NCBI GenBank assembly: GCA_021733985.1
Contig: JAIPJT010000001.1
Span: 28,981 to 92,980 of the forward strand
Direction: 5' to 3'
From: Victivallales bacterium
GTDB lineage: Bacteria > Verrucomicrobiota > Lentisphaeria > Victivallales > GWF2-38-69
Length of the DNA stretch: 64,000 bases
Positions within the stretch are counted from its first letter, which is position 1. Every line of letters begins with the position of its first letter. The translations under genes were made by a program, and so were the position numbers. A model generated the notes under the pieces. It ran no database searches. It was not told the DNA's origin and worked only from the letters and a program-made list of their open reading frames with translations. This document shows positions 21,201 through 27,610 of this stretch, piece after piece.

Positions 21201-23196
21201 GAGTAGCCCCTCCTAATATAGAAATAAAAATTTGCTCAACTGATGCGTCAAAAGCGTAAGAATTAAATAATAATATATTTTCCATACTTTCAATTTCATA
21301 GAAGCGGATTCTGTCTGTTATTAAATTAACCACATTTCTATGTTCAATCATCACGCCTTTTGGATACCCGGTAGAACCTGATGTATAAATTACATAAGCA
21401 AGATTTTCAGGTTTACCGTTAATATCCGGATTATATTTAGGGGCATACTCTATCTTTTCTACATGACCGTCTATACATAACGCAAGTATATCGTCTTCAA
21501 CAAGAAATAATAGATCATTAATTCTGTTACTCGAAGTGAGTACCATTCTGCATCCGCAGTCGTTTATCTTAAACTTTAAACGGTCCTCAGGGTCTGACCG
21601 GTCAAACGGTACATATGCGGCCCCTGATTTCAGTATCCCGAGAATACCGATTATCATATCCAGTGAACGCTCTATATATATACCTATTAAAGTATCGCCT
21701 TTAACCTCCTCGCTCCATTGTTCTGCATATTCTCTGCGTATTGTATGGGCAAGCCGGTTGGCTTTTTCATTTAACTCTCTATAGGTCAATTTTTCATTTT
21801 CAAAGACAACAGCCGCTTTATCCGGAGTACTCTCCGCCTGCTCCTCAAATAGCTGATGAATTGTTTTGTCTCTCGGATAAATGGTATAAGTGTCGTTCCA
21901 GTCATAGATAATTTTTTTGTATTCAGATAAAGATAAAACTGAAATACCATTAACATCAGCTTCATGATGCTCCAATATCAATGAAAGAAGATTAACAAAA
22001 TGTTTATTAAGTCTGCTTAAAAAAGTTTCTTCAAATAGATTCTTCTGTGTATAGATAGAATAGAAGAATCTATCATCCGACTCTTCAAAGGCTAAATGGA
22101 TTTCCGTATCTCCTACATTTGTAGGGAAAATTGCTTTTGAGTTTCTACCGTGAAGATTTAACTTTACAGGAGAAAGTTCAGTTTCAGCTATTGAAGTGTT
22201 AATATTAAAATTCTCTGAACCATAATGCAATGCGACCTCTGCCACACTCAGGTATTTGTTTTTACGGCTGAAGTTTGTTCTGTCATTTTGTAGAATATCT
22301 AAAATATTCCCTTTATTTTCATGAGGATAAAGCAGTGTATTAACAAATGCGCCTTTTATGTCCTGAAATTGTTTTCCCCTCGTATTAACTGGAAAAGAAA
22401 TTACTAATTTTTCCTGGTTACAATATTTACTTAACAATACTCCCCAAATAACTTTGATAATATTAAAAACAGAAAAATCTGTCTTCTCTGAAAAGTTTTT
22501 TAACTTAGCATAAAGTTTATTTTCAAACGATTTTAACCCGGTTGATATAATCTTAAAAGCGGTGTCTCTTTTAAAATAAGGCAAATCGGCTTTCAGTGGA
22601 AAGTCATTTAATCTTTTAAGTTCATAATTTAGTTCAGCCTTCCCTATCTGTTTCCGTTCCCATTTTATATAATTTTTTAAGTAGCTGATTTCATCTTTAT
22701 CGGAGATAGAAGTTCCTCTTGGTTTATGATAATGCTGTTCTACTTCTTTTATTAATTTTGCTCTCTGTGTTCCGTCTAATATAATATGATGAAAATTAAG
22801 AAGAAGTGAAGCCGTGCCAATGTAGTTTCTTTTAAAAAGCACAAATCGGAATAAATTACCATTTTCAAGGTCAAACGGTTTTTTTATCTGCTCATCTAAC
22901 TTCTTCTGGTATTCTTCCTCGCTTAAGACATTGCATTCTTTTAATCTTGCCACCACACTATCATGTATAATTTGCTCAAAATCTTCACCGTTAAATCTAA
23001 AATTACTTCTCAGATTATAATTTGAATCTACAGTATTCTGAAGAGCTGTTCTGAGTCTGTTTATATCCGGAATACCTTCATATTCGTAAACCCCGTAAAG
23101 ATGATACCTCACCTGCTCCTCTGACCCAAGTTTTTGTGCTTCTAAATAAAATATCCTGGAAAAATTACTTGCTTTTAATATAGTTTTATCTGACAT
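9205..23196 (-). CDS. Nonribosomal peptide synthetase, 3 modules: C-A-T-E / C-A(MT)-T / C-A(MT)-T-TE
   Basis: 4663 aa. Module 1 anchors: C1 HHIILDG (22771-22791); A1 YTSGSTGYPKG (~21355-21390); T1 FFRVGGDS with Ser1003 (20188-20190); E domain HHLIIDSVSW plus EGHGRE (HH at 19654-19659). Module 2 anchors: C2 HHSILDGWS (18328-18333); A2 FTSGSTGTPKG (~16891-16920); MT1 EIGCGSGL (15739-15762), MT spanning ~14650-16000; T2 FFKLGGNS with Ser2911 (14464-14466). Module 3 anchors: C3 LSFAQERLWF and HHIAVDGWS (13930-13935); A3 YTSGSTGKPKG (~12451-12483); MT2 EIGCGTGL (11323-11346), MT spanning ~10240-11570; T3 FFRIGGNS with Ser4384 (10045-10047); TE GWSLGG with Ser4511 (9664-9666). Confidence 0.95.
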   Translation of the reverse strand: MSDKTILKASNFSRIFYLEAQKLGSEEQVRYHLYGVYEYEGIPDINRLRTALQNTVDSNYNLRSNFRFNGEDFEQIIHDSVVARLKECNVLSEEEYQKKLDEQIKKPFDLENGNLFRFVLFKRNYIGTASLLLNFHHIILDGTQRAKLIKEVEQHYHKPRGTSISDKDEISYLKNYIKWERKQIGKAELNYELKRLNDFPLKADLPYFKRDTAFKIISTGLKSFENKLYAKLKNFSEKTDFSVFNIIKVIWGVLLSKYCNQEKLVISFPVNTRGKQFQDIKGAFVNTLLYPHENKGNILDILQNDRTNFSRKNKYLSVAEVALHYGSENFNINTSIAETELSPVKLNLHGRNSKAIFPTNVGDTEIHLAFEESDDRFFYSIYTQKNLFEETFLSRLNKHFVNLLSLILEHHEADVNGISVLSLSEYKKIIYDWNDTYTIYPRDKTIHQLFEEQAESTPDKAAVVFENEKLTYRELNEKANRLAHTIRREYAEQWSEEVKGDTLIGIYIERSLDMIIGILGILKSGAAYVPFDRSDPEDRLKFKINDCGCRMVLTSSNRINDLLFLVEDDILALCIDGHVEKIEYAPKYNPDINGKPENLAYVIYTSGSTGYPKGVMIEHRNVVNLITDRIRFYEIESMENILLFNSYAFDASVEQIFISILGGATLFIISDRLLNDVHGLETYLLNNNITHLNIPSQFLPVINPDLDFKLKRVVVGGDVCNIDIAAVWNKRVTVINNYGPTESTVSTTSAKYKRGQLKDSLTIGSPISNTHVYLLNPSLQPVPVGVPGELYIGGDGLARGYYSRPEQTAGRFMSNPFVATNKDKKNVCNQRIYKTGDICRYLPDGNIEFMGRRDEQVKIRDFRVELGEIESKLSLHEKVKQSVVLCKERESGDKYLAAYYTVNNSTFNIQHSTLEEELQVYMRDHLPDYMVPSVFVYMDKFPLNISGKVDKKELPEPGFRDDAVNSVPPTTDIERQLCDIWEEILGIDKIGIEDDFFRVGGDSILSIQLVSKMRKIGFKAGIKDIFERRTINKLSELQDRNSKILHSTTEQGVLEGEFDLLPVQKQFFENSFAEPNHWNQSFLIKVPELDFSKLKDIPYILAQRNDILRATFDGHKQKYNKSTYVPEVVILNVNNCSDAELYKKFTDLQSVFNIKTGPMWSIAYLYGFEDRTARIFFAAHHLIIDSVSWRIIKENIKDIYNNTDTGRKTSSYRQWVKAVKSYAESYKNETEFWEKTISGQPVYTKFTLGNNHINRVGLSEEYTYNLLHLSNKAYNTEVNDLLLTAFAYSLKEWSGKSQNYLTLEGHGREEIFDDIDLSQTVGWFTSVFPLKLELQKSLKDSIKNIKETLRSIPNKGIGYGALKYFGNSEKLSKHSLPPISFNYLGQFNTKTEDWQIIPQSAGRNISIKNKNNNIIDVNGFVSNGKLSFEVAVKLPENEAEKLFGSFNKHLEKVIKHCSEKKNTEFTASDFSAADISSELLDKLQNRLEIEDILPANSLQQGFIYYVLANPEDEAYRVQLLFDYNINLNVNLYKKSWEYALKKYPALRLCFNWDENPIQIICKKSELNLKIHDINGNEDIDKKIKEIQVSDRKYPFDLEKPELMRLSLIKQADNHFVLIMNSHHSILDGWSTPFIFNYVHDTYFKLAAGIDIIQERDTAYIQAQKQWINSSDIANEFWKNKIRELDSANDLNNMLSRKTDLNTLKSVKESKDTSVIIEGKDYSKLKTIAVSEGLTLNTFVQFAWHKLIQVYTSDETTAVGTTVSARNIPVEDIEKSAGLFINTLPLIISWEENSTVVELLKKIHSGIYEITNYNSISLAELQSGGKRLFHSLFFFANHPAEENFSDRLSFRFRDAVEKLDYPLGITAYNLQNKLYISLKYAGEYLDESKAEKFILHLQRILTAIPENLNKAHSELSLLSNEEYKKLIYDYNCNEVYFPKEKSVFQLFEEQVEKSPDNIAAIYEDKRLSYKELHRLTVSMSTLIKNTKQTDKNNALIVFYLDRNIYYLSSMLAVWRKGYAFVPLNPLHPKEKNRSILRQFEYDFILAEKKYYNDALELAENSAKIILPEDAQKKYDYSVTGVAEYDPESLAYIIFTSGSTGTPKGAMVRHKGMLNHIFAKINDFRINTSDRVAQTSAQTFDVSVWQFLTALLNGGTTVILSDNNAWDVTNLLLSIKKNKISIFESVPSHMVLILEELEEEGQKADISYLKWFIMNGEGLPFDYCRRWFSLYPEIAMANVYGPTECSDDITHYKFESVPEQYGAYIPIGKPIQNTKHFILDKYLKPVPQGVQGELYVTGDCVGLGYINNQKKTSENFISNPFQTRAEKNGNKNAVLYKTGDSVRMLPDGNIDFLGRNDDQIKLNGQRIELGEIESKLSSHEQIKQSVVLCKEQDGKKYLIAYYNMLGENESSSSEKEEEFIGDWTEMYELAYQEDYTGQVGYDFSVWNSSYTNRAIPLEEMEEWRDTTVERILELRPENIFEIGCGSGLLLYPLRKFCKKYYGIDPSASVIDKLLTDIKNEKIDNVFVGTGKADDIGILNLIPDSESLNTSVINSVIQYFPSLDYLEELILKLIERQGEGTIFIGDIRDYRIINEFFASIELYKAVENNENLSVGKIKYKLNELTERIKELIVSPEFFIQLAQRDSRINYVELLPKRGKSLIEMNIFRYDIIIHIGKENNKSTKTELEWKIYNNSFSVKEVLNSDNDGYIAVKNYPVKRIYDYHKIVESIKEKPEHEDIVKEYFKYKKEKQNFYSIEELFRLAEENGYKLYAGLSLEKRYCCDLVFYKKSFDFSKKSLFIENCKVPVVSDISTDPLKKSEKQKLTSNELSSFLAEKMPDYMIPSIFVLVEEFPLTHSGKVDKKALPAPELKEVSLEYVEPVTDLERKLCKIWQDVLKVEKVGVTDDFFKLGGNSMLVIKLANKISKETEINLNVAEIFKYSTISSIISNSSISTDKIFIPRTDLKKAPLSFAQERLWFLYKYGATKTYKTPIILELGADINLSGFKNAIQKIVKRHEALRTVFIQNEDGLYLQAVQDEVLGIEEYKFNTLEEVKEHVEKSIKYVFNLETEYPLRLIIYKTEVNCYAFFDFHHIAVDGWSIDILFKELETLYTASSEKRKDILPELPIQYKDFAVWQRKFLSGNLYRKQLEYWKDKLKDLKPLNFPTDFNRPEKVDYSGDNCKLEIDSVTSKALVKLAKQKGTTLYNILLTGFYILLYKYTRQNDITVGVVNANRHYPQTEDLIGLFVNTFARRFILEDNLTVNGLIDNVISDSMENLQYSDIPFQKVVETLNLQRKQSEHSLFNICFAAQSFGTELKLFKQLDITQQMHFSIFDLILFINDNPGNSTIKGFFNYSTALYKNKTIKQIISRYKNVLKGLLKDVNRQVEDIDIFSKPEYDKIVYEWNKTETNYPRNVAIHRLFEEQALKYPDNTAVIFEDKKLNYKELNKRSNSIANVIQSKFTGGDADKIPENPLIGIYIERSLEMIAGILGILKSGAAYLPFDDADPADRLKYKLEDSKCKMILTSSKYCENLISVTEPGTQIICIDELEHELNSTPISRLERFNNPRDIAYVIYTSGSTGKPKGVMVEHRSIVNLVRNTNYTEIKPSDTIGCLASISFDAATFEIWAALANGAACAVLTKDTVLNEKKLKEEIKNKQISKVFMTTTLFCQLAKLNSEAIYLPDELFFGGEACDLKLVREVLSKNYNTRIVHVYGPTETTTFATYCDLTLEKTLNCAPIGKPLSGKTVYILDEKLCPVGIGIPGELYIGGDGVASGYLNPHELTSERFIENPFATDNEVRENRNLRIYKTGDICRWLSDGNIEFIGRNDNQVKIRGFRIELGEIENKLLAYDDISQCVVLCKQFNGNKYLAAYYSTGNKSTENETESLEENFVETWSDMYEIEYQKSFSGEADSNFIGWNSSYTGKPIPVNQMKEWQNSTLDRIFSLKPENIFEIGCGTGLLLYPLQKECRQYYGIDFSSSVINLLKSKIQITNIKNINLETAKADEIGQIDGLPELNYFDTVIINSVVQYFPSLNYLKELLLKLTDKIDNGKIYIGDIRDFRLIEEFHVSVEINKLLSDKRITTTGELKKRVEKKIKREKELLISPEFFIDFAKDKPHVNCVELLPKRGKSRHEMNLFRYDIILHVGRSVNTGISSSIKWKQFTEEMKLPEVLNNDREYVAIRNYPNKRIWNYYKLNNAINQDQGNENPVNSYSELQKEGDNLYNLEEIYNLAADKGYKLYTSFSSQHKAGYDLFFYREGFTLKSLKKNLFRENLNSSVDSEFSNTPSENLKKQNISSFELNNYLSGLLPDYMIPSSYVHMDPFPLNTSGKIDKNALPEPRFRDMDSSYTAPETELEKQVCEIWQKVLGIDKIGIKDDFFRIGGNSILAIQLANEINSILNTNIKISEFFNSRNISELVKCIKAENKSGELMLLNNYKEGHENIYFIHSGIGGCEVYKELALCLNSQYNVYGIDNYNLNNDRKIENITELAEYYLNLIHKKHNSSVYKIGGWSLGGQIAMEIASILEQKGTENIKLLLIDSGLPDSEGNNKTENILPQYIEEYLLDAGYENDYIQKNLNNVETTKKLSEQNISRQLNYTEVKLLKATQSDPVLTKLSGVNYTSKYPNNNIDKGCRSFSKIEMDCNHGNILHKSDLLYEHITCFFE
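20459..20486 (-). repeat. Perfect heptanucleotide tandem repeat (GTTGAAT)x4 inside the NRPS A1 domain
   Basis: Read directly: gttgaat gttgaat gttgaat gttgaat. On the coding strand it is (ATTCAAC)x4, encoding ...NSTFNIQHST... between the A8 and A9/A10 motifs of module 1. Confidence 0.95.
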
Positions 23197-23370
23197 TAAA
23201 CAACCTCAATGCTTTTGTTTGTAACGTTAAAATTATTTAAACAAATTTCTACCTTATCATCCGATACAGGTCATACCGTACGGTGTGATGGATAAATAGA
23301 CCAAATCGTTTTGGGTATAACATAAAACAAGATAAGTTGCTTCTCATGTAAAATAATAATAACGGGTAAA

Positions 23371-23984
23371 CCTCCAGTTCTACTGGAGGACTCGTGTTGA
23401 TTTGACATTTGCAGGAATATGAAGAAGATTCTCCTGGCTGTGAATCCTTCTTTGGATACAGAAGAGGAGAAAATCCATGAATTCATATCAAACTTTAGCC
23501 CATACAAGCTGGGAATGCAAATATCATGTAGTTTTTATCCCAAAATACAGGAGGAAGATATTATATAAACAACTAAAAAAGGATTTGGGAAAAATTTTTA
23601 AAGAACTTGCAGGTAGAATTGACAGCACAATAGAAGAAGGCCATATCTGTAAAGACCATGTTCATATGTTGATATCAATTCCTCCGAAGCACTCTGTTTC
23701 TAAAGTTATAGGCTTTATAAAAGGTAAAAGCGCAATATATATCGCCAAAATTTTTCTGAACCACAAGATGAATTATGGAGATCAAAATTTTTGGGCACGT
23801 GGTTATTTCGTATCAACTGTTGGAAGAGATGAAAAAAACGATTATAGAATATATAAAGAACCAGGAACAAATGGATAAAAAATTTGATCAAGGTGATTTA
23901 TTTAATCCGTAGTAATAAATAATGCAATAGAGTTTAATCCCTTTGAGGGATTCCACAGTTTAATGCCACCGGCTATGCCGGTGG
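23371..23984 (+). mobile_element. IS200-type (IS200/IS605 family, tnpA-only) insertion sequence; ends approximate
   Basis: tnpA is flanked by subterminal hairpins. Left: CCTCCAGttctaCTGGAGG (23371-23389). Right: AATCCCtttgaGGGATT (23936-23952) and CCACCGGctatgCCGGTGG (23966-23984). The true termini may extend beyond the outermost hairpins used as the coordinates. An imperfect stem overlaps the tnpA RBS (tccttct...agaagagga). No tnpB. Confidence 0.6.
23477..23878 (+). CDS. tnpA: IS200/IS605 family Y1 (HUH) transposase TnpA, apparent frameshift near the 3' end
   Basis: YHVVFIPKYRR, HUH motif HVHMLIS and catalytic-Tyr region ARGYFVSTVGRDE. After an A7 run (23832-23838) the family-typical tail (TIIEYIKNQEQMDKKFDQGDLFNP, stop at 23910-23912) continues in the -1 frame. 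Confidence 0.85.
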   Translation: MNSYQTLAHTSWECKYHVVFIPKYRRKILYKQLKKDLGKIFKELAGRIDSTIEEGHICKDHVHMLISIPPKHSVSKVIGFIKGKSAIYIAKIFLNHKMNYGDQNFWARGYFVSTVGRDEKNDYRIYKEPGTNG

Positions 23985-23991
23985 TCATTTA

Positions 23992-25572
23992 CTATAATTT
24001 ATTCTTTTTACCTTTGTATTCTTTCATTTCATAGATAAAAACGAATTCTACTATTTTGTTTCCTCTGAAAATAGGTGCCCTGTATAGAAGTCTGCAGCCT
24101 GAAAAGTAAGATTTGAATCTGTCATTAGGCGAGATATAACGATGACTGGTAACTATAAATAAAGCGTTATCACCTTTTTTCAGTTCACCTCTTATCTTGT
24201 TTACCCAGTAATATTCATGTATTTGCGATATATCACCATACATAATAAATTTTTTATTATTAGGAATAGCCACATAAAAATCTATATAAGCAGAGATGAA
24301 CCAGTGGCACCCGACAATAGGATAGTTTTTGTATTCAGGCTGTTCTTTAATAAAATCTTTATATCGCCTGTTTACTTTATTCCAACATTGGGTATCAAGT
24401 GTGAAGTCTCTATGTCCCAGATCTTTTACCCAGTTCGAAGGAGGCGGCGGATTATTTACTGCTTTTGCATACTTAGAGTCATTTGTTTTAGGAGTATAAC
24501 CCCATGGGACAATACCAAAATAGACTACTGTTACTGCGATTAATGCAACTGTTAACATGGAGTAAGCATAGATTGCAGGAAACTTTAAACTGCCGAGTTT
24601 TGAATCTAAATACGCAGCCGGTATTATCAGAAGTAGCATATATGAAATACCTACCCAGTGCGGTAAGGTCCCGTTAGAGATGGCTATAAGCCATACAGTG
24701 AATATCAGGGGAAGCGAACAGAACAATATGAGTTTAAAATATACTGATTTAATGAAATTGAGTTTCCGGTAACAGTATAATGAGATAATTATCAGGACTA
24801 TATTCACCGGATTATAATAACCGATTTCACCGCCTATCTCTCTGAAAAAATCCTGTAAATTAATTCCGGAAAATAAATCTACCCGTGCTTCCTGAAAAGA
24901 GGTTCCAGCAAATCCGTTTTTATAATTCCAGTAATAAATCAAGCCTACAAAAAATATGGGAATCAGTACTCCGATATACATAATCTTCTTTTTGAACCAG
25001 GCCCTGTTACAAAAAATTATATAAAGCAGTACTCCAAACCCCAAATAACATGCCTGATATTTTGAGTAAATTGCAAGACCGAGAAAGAGGAAGGAAAACC
25101 AAATATCAGAATTTTCAGCTTTTTCAGGTCGTCCGGGAATATATTTAAGGAAGAAGTAGAAAGATAATAAAACAAAAAACAAAAGAGGAGGATCAGGAAG
25201 AATAAAAGCTCCGCAGATTACAGACATATAAATTGAGGCCACAGAAATATAAGCAGCTATAAGACCTGTTCTTTCATTCCTTACGGTTTTGCCTATAAAA
25301 TAGATAGTGATTATTGAACCGGTTCCAATAATTATCGCCCCTATCCGCATTGTAAACTGATTTATGACCGTTAAATTCAATGTACCTAACTGGATTAAAA
25401 AGCCTAACATCGGAGGGTGATCAAAATGGCTCAGGGCGGGATGCAGACCGTATGTTATATAATATACTTCATCATTTCCCAGGCCTATCGCAGCCGCAGC
25501 AACGCATTTGATAACTAAAGATACAGTAATAAGAATAAACAGTGAAATACTAAAATTTTTAACATTTTTCAT
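23992..25572 (-). CDS. GT-C fold glycosyltransferase, ArnT/PMT-like (GT39/GT83-type)
   Basis: 526 aa with ~11 N-terminal TM helices. Acidic first-loop motif GNDEVYY. C-terminal soluble domain. Confidence 0.7.
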   Translation of the reverse strand: MKNVKNFSISLFILITVSLVIKCVAAAAIGLGNDEVYYITYGLHPALSHFDHPPMLGFLIQLGTLNLTVINQFTMRIGAIIIGTGSIITIYFIGKTVRNERTGLIAAYISVASIYMSVICGAFILPDPPLLFFVLLSFYFFLKYIPGRPEKAENSDIWFSFLFLGLAIYSKYQACYLGFGVLLYIIFCNRAWFKKKIMYIGVLIPIFFVGLIYYWNYKNGFAGTSFQEARVDLFSGINLQDFFREIGGEIGYYNPVNIVLIIISLYCYRKLNFIKSVYFKLILFCSLPLIFTVWLIAISNGTLPHWVGISYMLLLIIPAAYLDSKLGSLKFPAIYAYSMLTVALIAVTVVYFGIVPWGYTPKTNDSKYAKAVNNPPPPSNWVKDLGHRDFTLDTQCWNKVNRRYKDFIKEQPEYKNYPIVGCHWFISAYIDFYVAIPNNKKFIMYGDISQIHEYYWVNKIRGELKKGDNALFIVTSHRYISPNDRFKSYFSGCRLLYRAPIFRGNKIVEFVFIYEMKEYKGKKNKL

Positions 25573-25666
25573 TTATTAATTCATCTTCCCTTAAATATTT
25601 TATTTGAACTATTACTTTACTTTATATTGAATATCTTTCAACAACAGAAATAAAGGTTATAGAAAT

Positions 25667-26530
25667 ATGAAGAAATATATCGGTGCACATGTAAGTGCGG
25701 CAGGTGGAGTAGATAAAGCTGTAGATAATGCCCTGGAGATTAACGCAAAGGCTTTTGCTATTTTTGTAAAAAACCAGAGACGCTGGAATGCACCCCCTCT
25801 TGATCAGCAGACAATTAACTTATTTAAATCTAAACTTCAGAAAAGTGGGATTCCTGAAAATATGGTTCTTCCACATGCCGGTTACCTGATAAATCTGGGG
25901 AATCCGGATCCGAATAAAAGAGAAAGGTCTGTAAAAAGCCTGATTGATGAAATGTATCGCTGCAGTCAGTTGGGACTAAAAAGATTAAACATCCATCCCG
26001 GGAGCCATCTCCGCCAAATAACTGAACAGAAATCTCTTGACCTTATAACTGACAATATAGAACAAGCCTTTTCTGAAATACAAACTGTGGGCATAGTATT
26101 GGAAACAACTGCAGGACAGGGAACAAACCTCGGTTACAATTTTGAACAGATCGGTTATATCATAAATAAGATCAGAGATAAGAAAAGGATATCGGCCTGC
26201 CTTGATACATGTCACAGTTTTTCAGCTGGCTACAGTTTTAATGATCCTGAAGGCTATAAATCGACATTAAACGAATTTGAAAAAAATATCGGCTTTAATT
26301 ATTTAAGCGCAGTACACTTAAATGACAGTAAATTTGACTATGGGGAAAAAAAAGACAGACATGAAAACATAGGCCGCGGGTATTTATCTATTGAATTTTT
26401 TAAAAGATTTATGAATGACCCTCACTTTGACAATATTCCGATTATACTTGAAACAAAAGACAGTAAAATGTGGAAGGCGGAGATTGAAATGCTCTACAAT
26501 ATGATTAAAGTCCCGACAAAAAGCTCTTGA
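25667..26530 (+). CDS. nfo: Endonuclease IV (AP endonuclease family 2)
   Basis: IGAHVSAAGG, NIHPGSH, LETTAGQGTNLG, CLDTCH, HLNDSK and ILETK motifs across a 287-aa TIM-barrel-sized protein. Confidence 0.9.
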   Translation: MKKYIGAHVSAAGGVDKAVDNALEINAKAFAIFVKNQRRWNAPPLDQQTINLFKSKLQKSGIPENMVLPHAGYLINLGNPDPNKRERSVKSLIDEMYRCSQLGLKRLNIHPGSHLRQITEQKSLDLITDNIEQAFSEIQTVGIVLETTAGQGTNLGYNFEQIGYIINKIRDKKRISACLDTCHSFSAGYSFNDPEGYKSTLNEFEKNIGFNYLSAVHLNDSKFDYGEKKDRHENIGRGYLSIEFFKRFMNDPHFDNIPIILETKDSKMWKAEIEMLYNMIKVPTKSS

Positions 26531-26555
26531 AATTTGGGAAACATATCTTGATTTT

Positions 26556-27461
26556 TTACCTCATCCGGATAACATCCTTTATAATGCCTTTCGCAAGAAG
26601 GTACCGGTAATAGATTTTTTCCCTGAATTTCCAGTACGACTCGCCTCCTCTTGCGTAACCTGATTTAAGTGCGGAATATAATGAATCCACACCGCAGTTT
26701 CCTGCGTAGTAGGTTCTGCCCTTTCCTACAAAACCAGCATAATGAGCATCACTGCTTCCTGTCAACGATATCTTAGTCAACCTGTTTTTTCTGATCGCAT
26801 CATAGGCTTCGATATTATATCTCGTGCCGTAACCCGGAACTGCATTAGTACATTCTATAGCATCAAAAGGTATCATTTTTATAAGGTCTCTGCAGCCAAG
26901 TCTTTTCCTGAAAACAAAGTCAAGGATTGGAGGAGAATAAGGATGATGCGCTACTGCAATACCGCCGGCATTATGGATCAGTTTAACTGTCTGCCTAGCA
27001 CTCAGTCCTTTCGGAATGATTTTGTTAACGAATAATGCTCCGATATGACCATCTCTGGATGATACTTCGATTCCGGGAACTACTGCTATATTGATTTTTC
27101 TTTTATGTACAATTCTGCGTGCCTCAAAAGCTCCTTTTATTTCATCATGGTCAGTTATTGCTATAGCGTTTAATCTGAGTTTTACGGCCATCGCAAGAAT
27201 CTTTTCTATATCGTCTCCATCGGATTTCCTGGTGTGTATATGCAGATCCGCCTCATTCAGAAGTGTCACTTTTTGTTTATCGGTACCTGCAAGTCTTATC
27301 TCGGGCAATAGTGTGTTTTCATACGCCGTTGATTGCCACACATCAGATTTCTCAGCTCTTTTTAAATCATTTTCGGCAAAGTAAGATATTTGCTGTAAAT
27401 ATTTAAGCTCCTCTTGCGGTATATTTATTTTTTTTGTGTGTAGGAGGTTATCGACATACAT
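26556..27461 (-). CDS. PHP-domain metal-dependent phosphoesterase
   Basis: ADLHIHTRKSDGD (HxH...D), AITDHD, VAHHP and SSDAH motifs. Confidence 0.75.
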   Translation of the reverse strand: MYVDNLLHTKKINIPQEELKYLQQISYFAENDLKRAEKSDVWQSTAYENTLLPEIRLAGTDKQKVTLLNEADLHIHTRKSDGDDIEKILAMAVKLRLNAIAITDHDEIKGAFEARRIVHKRKINIAVVPGIEVSSRDGHIGALFVNKIIPKGLSARQTVKLIHNAGGIAVAHHPYSPPILDFVFRKRLGCRDLIKMIPFDAIECTNAVPGYGTRYNIEAYDAIRKNRLTKISLTGSSDAHYAGFVGKGRTYYAGNCGVDSLYSALKSGYARGGESYWKFREKIYYRYLLAKGIIKDVIRMR

Positions 27462-27610
27462 ATTTTTATCTTATTTTTTTATTAATATAATAATTTACCT
27501 TAGCATAAAATACAAAAATTTATTTCATCAATTTTATTTGCTTTGTTTATTTTTCGATATATTTTTCATTCTGCACCATGTTTTAAATCTTAATATATTG
27601 GATTTTTTAT

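Noticed and set aside
23271-23507. 78-aa minus-strand ORF across the IS200 left end
   Set aside because: It is antisense to the tnpA 5' region and its hairpins and has no recognisable motif. It is most likely non-coding. IS200 left ends are known for structured or antisense RNA rather than protein.
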